Positions 17,181 through 26,900 of a DNA stretch of 64,000 bases are shown piece after piece. Position 1 is the first letter of the stretch; every line of letters starts with the position of its first letter. The notes under the pieces are model-generated. The model was not told where the DNA came from. It did no database searches and saw only the letters and a program-made list of their open reading frames with translations. Position numbers and translations under genes: made by a program. The stretch lies in sequence record MN018232.1, one strand, 5' to 3'.

Positions 17181-18950
17181 TCAGAATGTACCACCGTCGA
17201 TGGTTGCGTTCTCAATCAGAACCTCACCACTCGAACACTTGATAACTTCCTGAACTCCACTACATCCACCGATGTGGAGAGAACCTACTTCAAGTGCACC
17301 AGCTGCATTTGAAGTCAGAACACCTGAAGATTCAGATACATCGGAAGAAACAACGATTCTTGAAGTCGAGTCATCCCAATATACAGCAGCCTTCTTAGCA
17401 GAAGACGTGAAGTAGTTGAAGATAACACCGATATCCTTATCGAGGTCAGAAGATGGTGCAGAACCATCAACCATACCCAGTTCCAAGAGTTGGTCTTCAA
17501 TGGTTGTTTGTGATGTATTAACCTGAGTGGTTGAACCATTGACAATCAGGTTACCCTGAACTGTAAGGTTTTGGTTACAAGCAACAGCACCAGTTGAATT
17601 GGTGATTGTAATTGCGGTAGTACCATCATTGGCCTGAAGATTAGTAGCCTTTACAGTTGGAGTTGTAAGTGAAGTTGTGACTGTAACTGCATCGGGGAGT
17701 CCGACAGTAAGAGTCTGTCCAGAAGCAGAAGTCTCAATCTCATTTGCGGTACCAGAAATAGTCAGAGATTGGGAGTCGAGGTCAACAGCACCAGTTCCAG
17801 AATCACCAGCAAGGTCAAGATCTTGTGCAGTAATGTTTGTATCAACGTAGTCTTTTACTGCAGCAGATGTTGGGATGGTAGTATCATTGTCATTAGATGC
17901 GATACCCTCAGACTCAATAACAATTGCAGCTGCTGCAAAGTCAGCTACAGCCAAATTGGTAATTGAGTTACCAGTACCATCAGCATCAAAAGTCTTATTG
18001 GTTAAGGTATCAGATGATGATGCCGTGATGAAAGCAGATGTTGCATTACTATAATTTGCAAGATCATTATCAACTACAAAGTCATATTCTCCATTCGTAT
18101 CATCATATGAAACAGTGATACGAGTTTGTGTACCAGCTGTAATTGCAGCACCAACAATATCCTCAATTCTTTCTGCTTGAAGTGTTACTGCACCTGAAGT
18201 AACTGAGAAGTCAGTTGCATCGAAAGAAGCAACACCCTTATTTGAAGTTGATGCATCTTCACCTGCAACCGTGATAGTAGCACCAGAGTGAGTAACATCA
18301 ACTCCTTCACCACCAAGGATTGAGAATCCGTGGGATGTTGCAGTCGTGATACCACTATCAGTCGTCACATACTTGACAACGTTGTCAGTTAATGAAACGG
18401 CACCGCTAGAGACACTGAAATCATTACTGTTGAAAGAAGCAACACCCTTGTTTGAAGTAGATGCATCTTCTGCAGAAATAGTTACTGTGTCATTAGTAAT
18501 AGCAGTATCAATGCCTTCACCACCTGTGAAAGTCAGAGTACCACCAGTGCTAAATGTGTCAGATCCACTATCACCAGTGATTGTGAAATCGGATGCAGCT
18601 GGAGCAGCAAATGACAGTCCACCATTACCATCACTGGTAAGTAAGTCTCCGTTATTGCCATCATCTGCTGGCATTGTCAGAGTATAACTTGCTGCCAGAG
18701 AATCTGGTGATTTAATGGTTACTGAGTTAGTACCATTGTTTGTGCCTTCGACAAGCTTTACACCACTACCAGTGGATGCAGTACCTACTGACCAATATCT
18801 ACCAGAACCAACGAATTGGTTCAATGCAGTAGTAGAATTTACACCAACATACAAATCATATGAATCGGTTGTAAAACCAGGCTCACCCGCACGAAGGGCA
18901 GGGAGGTTGGCTAATACACCTCTCTTAAACTGAATTACTGGTGCTGCCAC
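17181..18950 (-). CDS. Fibre-like structural protein with Mtd_N-like N-terminus and internal duplication
   Basis: MAAPVIQFKRG...L.AGEPGFTTDS..LYVG; two copies of EDASTSNKGVASF; ends in IDGGTF. Confidence 0.7.
   Translation of the reverse strand: MAAPVIQFKRGVLANLPALRAGEPGFTTDSYDLYVGVNSTTALNQFVGSGRYWSVGTASTGSGVKLVEGTNNGTNSVTIKSPDSLAASYTLTMPADDGNNGDLLTSDGNGGLSFAAPAASDFTITGDSGSDTFSTGGTLTFTGGEGIDTAITNDTVTISAEDASTSNKGVASFNSNDFSVSSGAVSLTDNVVKYVTTDSGITTATSHGFSILGGEGVDVTHSGATITVAGEDASTSNKGVASFDATDFSVTSGAVTLQAERIEDIVGAAITAGTQTRITVSYDDTNGEYDFVVDNDLANYSNATSAFITASSSDTLTNKTFDADGTGNSITNLAVADFAAAAIVIESEGIASNDNDTTIPTSAAVKDYVDTNITAQDLDLAGDSGTGAVDLDSQSLTISGTANEIETSASGQTLTVGLPDAVTVTTSLTTPTVKATNLQANDGTTAITITNSTGAVACNQNLTVQGNLIVNGSTTQVNTSQTTIEDQLLELGMVDGSAPSSDLDKDIGVIFNYFTSSAKKAAVYWDDSTSRIVVSSDVSESSGVLTSNAAGALEVGSLHIGGCSGVQEVIKCSSGEVLIENATIDGGTF
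18222..18470. repeat. Intragenic 39-bp direct repeat pair (18222-18260 and 18432-18470)
   Basis: gaaagaagcaacaccctt[a/g]tttgaagt[t/a]gatgcatcttc, 37/39 identical by eye. Confidence 0.8.
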
Positions 18951-19003
18951 GAGCTACCCTCCTTCTTCGTATAAAGATACACTTTTTATATTATTATTTA
19001 GAT

Positions 19004-19243
19004 TTAGAAAGACCCACCGTCATATGATCTTGTGGTGATTTTATCCACCTCAAGGAGGGATTCAACTTGATCTATAAAAGAATCTTCTAAATCATTATCT
19101 TCAACTGCTGATATTAAAATAGGTGAATTATTGATAATATCCCTCAATCTAAATCTTCCTGCTGCTGCATCGTATTGAAGTACTGCAGGAATAGTCTTAT
19201 CCTCTGGATTTAAATCATCAGTATCGATTACTCTTAATGGCAT
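19004..19243 (-). CDS. Small acidic hypothetical protein, paralog of the neighbouring ORF
   Basis: DDLEDSFIDQVE...YDGGSF. Confidence 0.65.
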   Translation of the reverse strand: MPLRVIDTDDLNPEDKTIPAVLQYDAAAGRFRLRDIINNSPILISAVEDNDLEDSFIDQVESLLEVDKITTRSYDGGSF

Positions 19244-19566
19244 CAGAAGCCACCTCCATCAATATCTCCACCCTCAATATTTCCAAGGTTTATTTCATCT
19301 TCAAGTTCTCTTATAAATGAATCCGCAATGTCACCATCTTCGGCTGCTCTTTCAAGTAAGACATCTGCTGTAGTCAATTCAAACTTCTTAGTTATATTAT
19401 TAAAGGTAACAAATAGACCATCTTTTGTATCATCAAGAACACCAAAACTGGTATCAGCCATATCACCAAGAGTGGTGGGTTGTCTTACGTTTTTAACCAA
19501 AGTTTTGGTTGTTTGTTTTTTAGAGATACTTTTGGCACCAGAGGCACCTTTTCTTACAGTTGCCAT
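19243..19566 (-). CDS. Small hypothetical protein
   Basis: GDIADSFIRELE...IDGGGF; translationally coupled to both neighbours. Confidence 0.65.
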   Translation of the reverse strand: MATVRKGASGAKSISKKQTTKTLVKNVRQPTTLGDMADTSFGVLDDTKDGLFVTFNNITKKFELTTADVLLERAAEDGDIADSFIRELEDEINLGNIEGGDIDGGGF

Positions 19567-19901
19567 TAGGTTGAAATACCAGCGGTTACCATAGCAGACC
19601 CCTCTACCATTCTTGAAACCGAACCACTACCAGATGTCAATACTACATCATAATAATATCTACCTGGTTTCAGATTTACGGTTTTGCCTGCTGTCATTGC
19701 AATTGAAACTTCACCAGTCAGTCCAACAATAGAGACAGAAAATGATTCGGATGATGGTGAACCTGGATACTTTTTAATTTTAGATACACCAGAGAATCCA
19801 CTCAAATTAGAAGCACTTCCATCAGATTCAGTAGAAGTAAAACTTTCACTGAAGTCTGTACCTTGAGCAATAACTATGTTGACAACAGGAGTAGCGGCCA
19901 T
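19566..19901 (-). CDS. BppU-like/Ig-fold virion structural protein
   Basis: NIVIAQGTDF...L.PGRYYYDV...RMVEG.A.VT.GI pattern. Confidence 0.6.
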   Translation of the reverse strand: MAATPVVNIVIAQGTDFSESFTSTESDGSASNLSGFSGVSKIKKYPGSPSSESFSVSIVGLTGEVSIAMTAGKTVNLKPGRYYYDVVLTSGSGSVSRMVEGSAMVTAGIST

Positions 19902-19912
19902 CTCTTATCTTT

Positions 19913-20341
19913 TTAACTATTTAGATCTTTGTTGACGTTTTTCAACATTTTTTGCAAATCTGCTGTGCTGCCAACAAAAAGTGCATTATTAGTTACAGAA
20001 GTAGGTCCCTTCTTATCTTCCTCATTTACATCTTTAAGTTTTTTCTGTAAATCCATCAATTTATCAGTTGCGTCAGAGACATTCTTAATCAACTGACCTG
20101 CAACTTCATATGCACGAGGCATTTCACTCTCTTGAGCAAGTTCTAAGATACCGTTGATTGCTTCTTGTCCTTTTTCAATGATCGAATATAAATTACCCCT
20201 AGTATACTCGTAGTCTTTACGGATATCTTCGTTGGAGTTTTCAAATTTTGTGATTTGTCTTTCGACATCATCCTTCTTTTCTGTCTTAACTTCAATCGGT
20301 TCGACATCAAATGTTTCGTTGAGCTTTTCATACTTATCCAT
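19913..20341 (-). CDS. g16: Terminase small subunit gp16
   Basis: DYEYTRGNLY, PRAYEVAGQLIK, TNNALFVGSTADLQKMLK; follows g15. Confidence 0.9.
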   Translation of the reverse strand: MDKYEKLNETFDVEPIEVKTEKKDDVERQITKFENSNEDIRKDYEYTRGNLYSIIEKGQEAINGILELAQESEMPRAYEVAGQLIKNVSDATDKLMDLQKKLKDVNEEDKKGPTSVTNNALFVGSTADLQKMLKNVNKDLNS

Positions 20342-20350
20342 GGGTTAACC

Positions 20351-21349
20351 TCAGAAGACATTACCATCAAACCCGAAATCGTCTCCAAGTTCTATCTGTA
20401 CATTGTCATTGTTATTAATAGTGTACACCTTGGAACCAAGAACGTGGTTCTGAAGAGGAGACTTATCTTCAGCTCTCCTTACCACCAACTTATTGTCTGC
20501 TACGGTCTCAACATACATCTCTTCTTGGTCAATATAGATGTAAGAACCTTCTGGAATTGCTGAACCATTTTCAACATCAATCACAGTTTCATTCATATCA
20601 ACATTTTCAGCAAGTAATGTTGCTACTACACCATCATAATCTTTGATAGCTCTTGGTGTGACCTGATAAGTAACATCTCTCTCATACTTATTGGACTTGG
20701 ATCCAGCAATGTATCCAACAGTAACCTTCTTAATGATATCGTTAGAGACATCCTTCAGAGGACCGAAGACATAGGTCTTTGCAGTAAATGTGAAAGTATA
20801 GAGTAGAGCTCTTCTTGTATCAAAGTTACCTTCATACTCATCAGTCATGTCAATGTTGTCAAGTACAACGGGGACATTCATAACTTCTTTGAAGTTACCT
20901 AAAAACTTGATAGGGAGAGTATAACCAGGTTGGAAATATGGAACAATCTGTTCAACAATTTGAAGCATATCATCATTCAGTTTTGTATAAACTGAAAGAG
21001 TGATTGTCATATTATATGGTACTGGGAGATATGACTTCCTTTCTTCTGTACCATCAGCTGATGTTACAACAAACTGCTGTGTTTGAGTAGACTTTCTTGA
21101 CGGATCGTATGCGAGATTCGTAAATTCAAATGACATCCTGGGAAGTGTCATTTGAACTGGATGATTCAAATCAGGATTCTGTTTCAGTCTTGCCAAAAAC
21201 TTCTGAGTTGGTCCATAAGCAAGAGGAACTTTGATAATACTCTGAGTATCATCATTCTCATCCTTATGTTTGATTTGAATACCATTAAAAAGGGAACCAA
21301 ATCCAATAATTACGGATCTAAAGATCTCGTTGTAAAAATACTCAAACAT
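20351..21349 (-). CDS. g15: Tail sheath stabilizer/terminator gp15
   Basis: IKVPLAYGPTQKFLARL, LPRMSFE, EQIVPYFQP. Confidence 0.95.
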   Translation of the reverse strand: MFEYFYNEIFRSVIIGFGSLFNGIQIKHKDENDDTQSIIKVPLAYGPTQKFLARLKQNPDLNHPVQMTLPRMSFEFTNLAYDPSRKSTQTQQFVVTSADGTEERKSYLPVPYNMTITLSVYTKLNDDMLQIVEQIVPYFQPGYTLPIKFLGNFKEVMNVPVVLDNIDMTDEYEGNFDTRRALLYTFTFTAKTYVFGPLKDVSNDIIKKVTVGYIAGSKSNKYERDVTYQVTPRAIKDYDGVVATLLAENVDMNETVIDVENGSAIPEGSYIYIDQEEMYVETVADNKLVVRRAEDKSPLQNHVLGSKVYTINNNDNVQIELGDDFGFDGNVF

Positions 21350-21373
21350 TATTTTGAAGCACTATACCTTTAT

Positions 21374-22843
21374 TTAGGGCATACCGAATGGATTACTTGA
21401 TGAGAAGTCTATAATTACATCTGCTTCGGACTCAATTGTATCATTATCAGCATAAGGTGTGACTAAATCATCGGTATTATAACCACCAATCACGTACTTT
21501 GCACCCGACTCTTGACCTGTTAATACTTCACCAATCTGGAAGTATCCATCAACAATACTGACTTCCATAATATCATTGACACCATCCCATTCCTTGACTC
21601 TTGCTGTTGTACTTGAGATAGAACCAGTTACAACTTCGTTAAAGATAAATGTTCCACCAATAGACACTACATTAGATACTGCAGGACCAGATAATGTGAC
21701 GATTGGGGTAGAATCATAACCCTCACCACCATCAATTACATATACTGCAGTTACGATACCAGATGCACTGATCGTCGATACACCAACTGCCTGTCTAGAC
21801 GGACGTGGGAATGCAGAATCAAATGTATAAGAGGTAGAATCGAATGTGTAGAATGAGGAATCCCAAAGAGGATAAGCACCTGAGGTATTACCAATAGTAA
21901 CAGTTGGTGCTGCTGAATAACCAGACCCACCATCTGTAACTCTAATGGATTGAATAGAACCTGCTGTAGAGATACCTGTTGTTGCTGCAAATCCAGTACC
22001 ACCACCTCCATATACGGTAATCATAGGTGGTTCTGTATAACCACAACCAGCATTGGTTATCAGAATTGTTGGGATAACACCAGACTTACCCTTACAACCT
22101 GGATACTCATAGGATACTGACGCAATGCCTGTTGCAGTTACACCACCTGGAGGAGCTGAAGAGAAACCTACAACTGGTTGGGCAGTATATCCTCTACCCA
22201 TATTAGAGATTGTAATCTCATTGACTGCACCAGATGCACACCAATCCGCTTCTGCAGTTGCAGTAGAACCGACACCAATCAGGTTGAGTGTTTGAATATA
22301 ACCAATTTGTGCGATCTCATCATCAATATTATCGACACCAGTATCGATAACTTCATCTTCATATCTGAAGAGTTCACATCTCAACTCATAGACATATGTC
22401 TTCTTGAGTTGATAGAAGGGTTGCTCATGTTCAACGAACTTAATCTCGAACAATCTATCTCCCAATGGGAAATAAATCAAATCACCTTCCTTGGGTCTAG
22501 AGGTCAATTCCATGTTTGGAAGACCTTCAGTTAATGGTGCAATATAGTTCTCAAATCTCTCTTTTGAGATAATCAATTGAAGATCATCTCTATTTTCAAT
22601 ACCAAATTTTGACAGGATAGTGCCCTGTCCAGTGTATCCTTCGTAATTATCAACGTATGCTTCTAAAGGATATGCATTCTTGAATTCAGACTCAATAACT
22701 TCACGAATAACTGTATTAGTCGTGGCATATGTTCTTGGAAGATAATACACTTCCACACCATACATCTGCAACTGTTCGTTGACAAGACTCTGGATTAGGT
22801 TTTGTTCGGATCTTGTACCGTTAAGAAAGAAGGGATTTAACAT
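21374..22843 (-). CDS. g14: Neck protein gp14 with G.GY-repeat insertion
   Basis: GVEVYYLPR, PKEGDLIYFP, EIKFVEHEQPFYQL, FSSSNPFG. Confidence 0.93.
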   Translation of the reverse strand: MLNPFFLNGTRSEQNLIQSLVNEQLQMYGVEVYYLPRTYATTNTVIREVIESEFKNAYPLEAYVDNYEGYTGQGTILSKFGIENRDDLQLIISKERFENYIAPLTEGLPNMELTSRPKEGDLIYFPLGDRLFEIKFVEHEQPFYQLKKTYVYELRCELFRYEDEVIDTGVDNIDDEIAQIGYIQTLNLIGVGSTATAEADWCASGAVNEITISNMGRGYTAQPVVGFSSAPPGGVTATGIASVSYEYPGCKGKSGVIPTILITNAGCGYTEPPMITVYGGGGTGFAATTGISTAGSIQSIRVTDGGSGYSAAPTVTIGNTSGAYPLWDSSFYTFDSTSYTFDSAFPRPSRQAVGVSTISASGIVTAVYVIDGGEGYDSTPIVTLSGPAVSNVVSIGGTFIFNEVVTGSISSTTARVKEWDGVNDIMEVSIVDGYFQIGEVLTGQESGAKYVIGGYNTDDLVTPYADNDTIESEADVIIDFSSSNPFGMP

Positions 22844-22849
22844 AAGTCA

Positions 22850-23722
22850 TCACCCGATCATGTCAAGAGGTGGTAACTCATATGTGCTCATCATTCTTTC
22901 CTGAATCCTATCTAATTCTGCTTGTGCATCATCATATAGTTGTCTACCATTGAACTCAATACCACCAGGAAGTTTTACACCCTGGAATTTAATTAAGTTC
23001 TGACCCCACTGTCTCTTAATCAGTGCAGTCAGATATGGTTTAATGAATGAATCGTTGTAAATTCTTGCATAATCATTAGGATCATTCATTGCCCAACAAT
23101 CAAGAATTAAAAACTCACCAGCATTAAGATCACTGTAATCAACATCGATATACAATCGATCAGTTCTTTGATTGAATCGAATCTGTTTATGTGTGTTTAG
23201 AATAAAGTTAATTGTCTCAAGGTAACCCATTGTCATTGAGTATGACAACAGATCAAAACCACCAGCACCCCAACCATTCAATCCGATAAAATCATTCAAC
23301 ATATACTGGTATCTTACGTTGAACATACCAGCACCCATTCCTGCAGGATATTGGTAGATCTTATTAACACCAATAATTGATGGAGGAATCTGAATGTAAT
23401 TACTGTTCTGATAATAAGTGAACGTGGTTGCAGTACCAGCAACACTCGCAGATGCTGTTATTGATGTGATACCAGTGGTTCCATTTTCATTCTGAGGTGC
23501 ACCAGGTGGTCTTGCTCTACCTCTCTTGATATCCTCCTCGGTAAGTTCGTACTTCAAATAAACCTTAGTGACACCATCAAAGTGTCTCTCCTGGAAATAC
23601 TGAATGGCATCATCTACAAGATCTTCAATTTGTTCATCTGCAACGTTGATCTCCAATACTGGAGCACCCAATTGTCTTAAACAATAATCAATCAGTTCTT
23701 GTCTAGTACTAGGCTGTGCCAT
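22850..23722 (-). CDS. g13: Neck protein gp13
   Basis: LRQLGAPVLEINV, KRQWGQNLIKF.G..LPGGIEFNG. Confidence 0.95.
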   Translation of the reverse strand: MAQPSTRQELIDYCLRQLGAPVLEINVADEQIEDLVDDAIQYFQERHFDGVTKVYLKYELTEEDIKRGRARPPGAPQNENGTTGITSITASASVAGTATTFTYYQNSNYIQIPPSIIGVNKIYQYPAGMGAGMFNVRYQYMLNDFIGLNGWGAGGFDLLSYSMTMGYLETINFILNTHKQIRFNQRTDRLYIDVDYSDLNAGEFLILDCWAMNDPNDYARIYNDSFIKPYLTALIKRQWGQNLIKFQGVKLPGGIEFNGRQLYDDAQAELDRIQERMMSTYELPPLDMIG

Positions 23723-23746
23723 CTATAATGAGACCTACTTATATGT

Positions 23747-23980
23747 CTATTTATTTAATAAATCGGTGATAGTATTAAGCATATTCTTAATATCTGTCAC
23801 GTCAGTTTTTAAATTACTTACCTCAGACTGAAGAGAGTCAAATTTCTTTTTATCCTCTCTCAGTTTTTCTCGATTTCTCACATAGGTTTCATAATCAATG
23901 TTGTTTGTGTTAACAATGGCCCCAGAATGGATGTCTCTATAATATCCATCCATTCCATCAACGGGAATCATATTGTCCAT
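23747..23980 (-). CDS. Small coiled-coil hypothetical protein
   Basis: GYYRD..SGAIVN motif, heptad C-terminus. Confidence 0.65.
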   Translation of the reverse strand: MDNMIPVDGMDGYYRDIHSGAIVNTNNIDYETYVRNREKLREDKKKFDSLQSEVSNLKTDVTDIKNMLNTITDLLNK

Positions 23981-23981
23981 A

Positions 23982-26900
23982 TTATGCGAATGAAAGTACT
24001 CTCAGGTTTCTGATCATTGGTACAGTAGACTGATCTGTCGAAGTACCAATGATCTTAATTCTAAATGTCTTGAATGGTTTTACTTCATCAATAGTAAACT
24101 TGTACTCTTTATATTGATCTTGAGTTGGTTCTGGAACATAAGCATCAACCTTAGGAACTCTCTTATCGGGAGTACCATTGTTTGATGAAATGTCAAGAAT
24201 AGCACCGTTAATATCAATATTCTTATAACCAGGGAAAGGAACAAAGATTGTCTCTTCTACTGGTACATCTTGATTAAGTGCATAGAATACTCTAATATCA
24301 CTGTAGTTTGATACGTAACCATCAAGTAGAACTTGTAATGATGATGCTGGATTCTCAAGAGTTACATTCTTAGATACATATGTGAATCTGTTAGGATCAT
24401 CTTCAGTACCATTAACTCTAAAGTCAGCAACATAATCTGTAACGGGGCGACTGATTCTGTTCATTGTATAAACAACAGATGCATTATCCAGGTCAATGAC
24501 AGGACTGATTCTAGAGTTTCCAGACAGTAAAGTGAATTGCATTTCGAATGACTTATTACCAGCAAAGGTATCACCATTCAACAGATTACTTTCGTTTTGT
24601 GCCGAAGCAACCATTCTTTGACCATCAAAATAGTTCTTATCAAAGATTGTGACTTGTTTATATCCCTTGTCGAGATATGACTCCTGATTGCCAGATACAC
24701 TCGAAGCAGAAATCGTTCTAACTTGTGAGATGAGGTTTGTGCCTTGTGGTGTAATAGTGGTAACCTTAGGAGTAATCAAGTTATATGGTAAGTTGTAAGT
24801 ACCCTTGACCAATGGTCCGCCTGCAAGTTTGTTTTCCTTGAAGTAGAGTGGTGGAAATCCTGCAGCATTAGCAGGTGCTCTATTCGTACCATTTGCATTC
24901 ATCTGAACCTTGACATAATAGTAGTCAAGTCCAATAGGTGCTTCATCTAATTCACTTGAAACTACATTTGCAAGTAGATGTGAAGTATTGATTCTTCTAA
25001 GAGATACACCATTCAACTCATACTTGTAGATAAGTTCACCAGAGGAGTGTGTTGCGATGGTTGTATTATCAATACCTCTTGTAACACCAGTCAGAGTTCT
25101 ACCATTTACACCAGTGTAAGAAATAATCTCATCACCAATCTTCACATAACCTGGGTTGGTACCACCTACACCAAGATTTTCAAAGGTTTCAAAGTCTGTC
25201 GCCAAACCTTCGATTGTGATGAAGGTTGTGGTGTCAAAACCATATTCTTGTGAAAGAGTATTAGGAACAAGATCACTTCTAACGTCAGAGATTGTTACTC
25301 TGTTTACGTTAGAGTAGAGACCATGATTTCTCTGGAATACTCTGATGTAGTTACCCTGTTCAGTAACATTGATAGGCGATACAGGAATAACATTTCCACC
25401 AACATCATTAAGTTCAGTTGTAAATCCAACACTATTTTCATAATAAAGTGGGTATGCAGAGTTGGTTGTAAAGTTACCCTGTACGTTATCAAGTACAAGT
25501 GTGTTATTACCGAGAAGTTCGTTGACAGAAAGTTGAATACCAGAACCTAGATTGACACTTCCAACTTGTACAGGTGTCAATACATCACCAACAACATAAC
25601 CAGTACCACCTGCTCTAACTACTGCTTCAGTTGCAACACCATTTTCAATTGTAATATCAGCGGTGGCGTTCACACCCTTACCAGTAACAGCAGTAAGTGC
25701 TACACCAGTGTAGGTGAAAGTTGCTGAAGAAGGTGTGTATCCAACACCAGCATTTGTAATCGTAAAGTTAGAAGTTACAGATCCTGCGAATGCAACCAGA
25801 GTACCTTGTGCTCCATTACCCAACTGTTTGACAGTTCTACCGACAACGAGACCACTATCACTTACAGTTGTTCCAAGACCAACTCTGATTTCTCTTGAGT
25901 TGACTGTCAAACCATTAGGATCGATCTGTGCAAGATCTGATGGAAGTTCTGGGTTGTAGAATGAAACAGAACCCTGTGACTTGAAGTTTGCCACATAAAG
26001 ATTGAACTTAAGATCCTCATACTGAGAAGGTGTCCACACAGAAGCATTCTGAGACTTAAAGAGAGAACCAAGAAGTGGTTGCTCGGTAACCAGAATCTGA
26101 CCTGCTTCTTGTCCCAATGTTGTTACATCAGCCTCACCAAGTCTACTAATCCAAACTCTGTATTCTGTAGAATGTGAGAGAAGAACCATTGCGTATTCTT
26201 TCTCAGGGTTCAGATAAACTGGAGCATCAAGTGTAATAGTTGTTGCTACAGTACCATCATCACTGAGGTTTACATCTTTAGGATCTACACTCTTGAATGA
26301 GAAAGGAAGAACTTTGTCGGTTGGGGTACCAAGATTAGTCTCTCTAATTTCGAAGAGAACAGGAATATTTTCATCCTTAGTTACAAAGAACAAATCAACT
26401 TTAGTGATGAATACCCCAGTTGGATCATCAACTAAGAACGTTTGTGCAAGTGGGTCAATGCGTGGTGGAATGACACGTACAGATGTAGTAGATGTGGATT
26501 GTGTATCGGTGTTTGTATCTGTAATTGTAATCGTATTTGATGTTGCTGTATCTCCGATATTTCTTCTCTGAGTTAGATCAGCTCTTCTTACTGTTGCATT
26601 TCTAACAGAGAGAGTTGTTTCTTGAGTCGTATCAACATCACCTTGTGAATAGAAGATTGATTCACCAGCAGTTGATACAAGTCCTTCAATTGTACTGTTA
26701 GTTCTACTACTGGTGAGTCTGAAACTTGATCTACCAGTTTCAAAGATTGGGTTTGCGGGATTGTTAGGACTTGGGACAAAGTATGATGCTTGGAGTGTAC
26801 CCACTCTATCAGTAATAAGTCTTACATTAGAAACCCTAGCCTGTGCACCACTAGATGCTCCAGTCAGGATCATTGATCTAGAAATCCATCCACTAAATTG

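Noticed and set aside
17181-18950. Diversity-generating retroelement target, suggested by the Mtd_N-like N-terminus and the 39-bp repeat pair
   Set aside because: No reverse transcriptase in the window; the repeats are intragenic domain duplications with only two synonymous-type differences, not a TR/VR pair.
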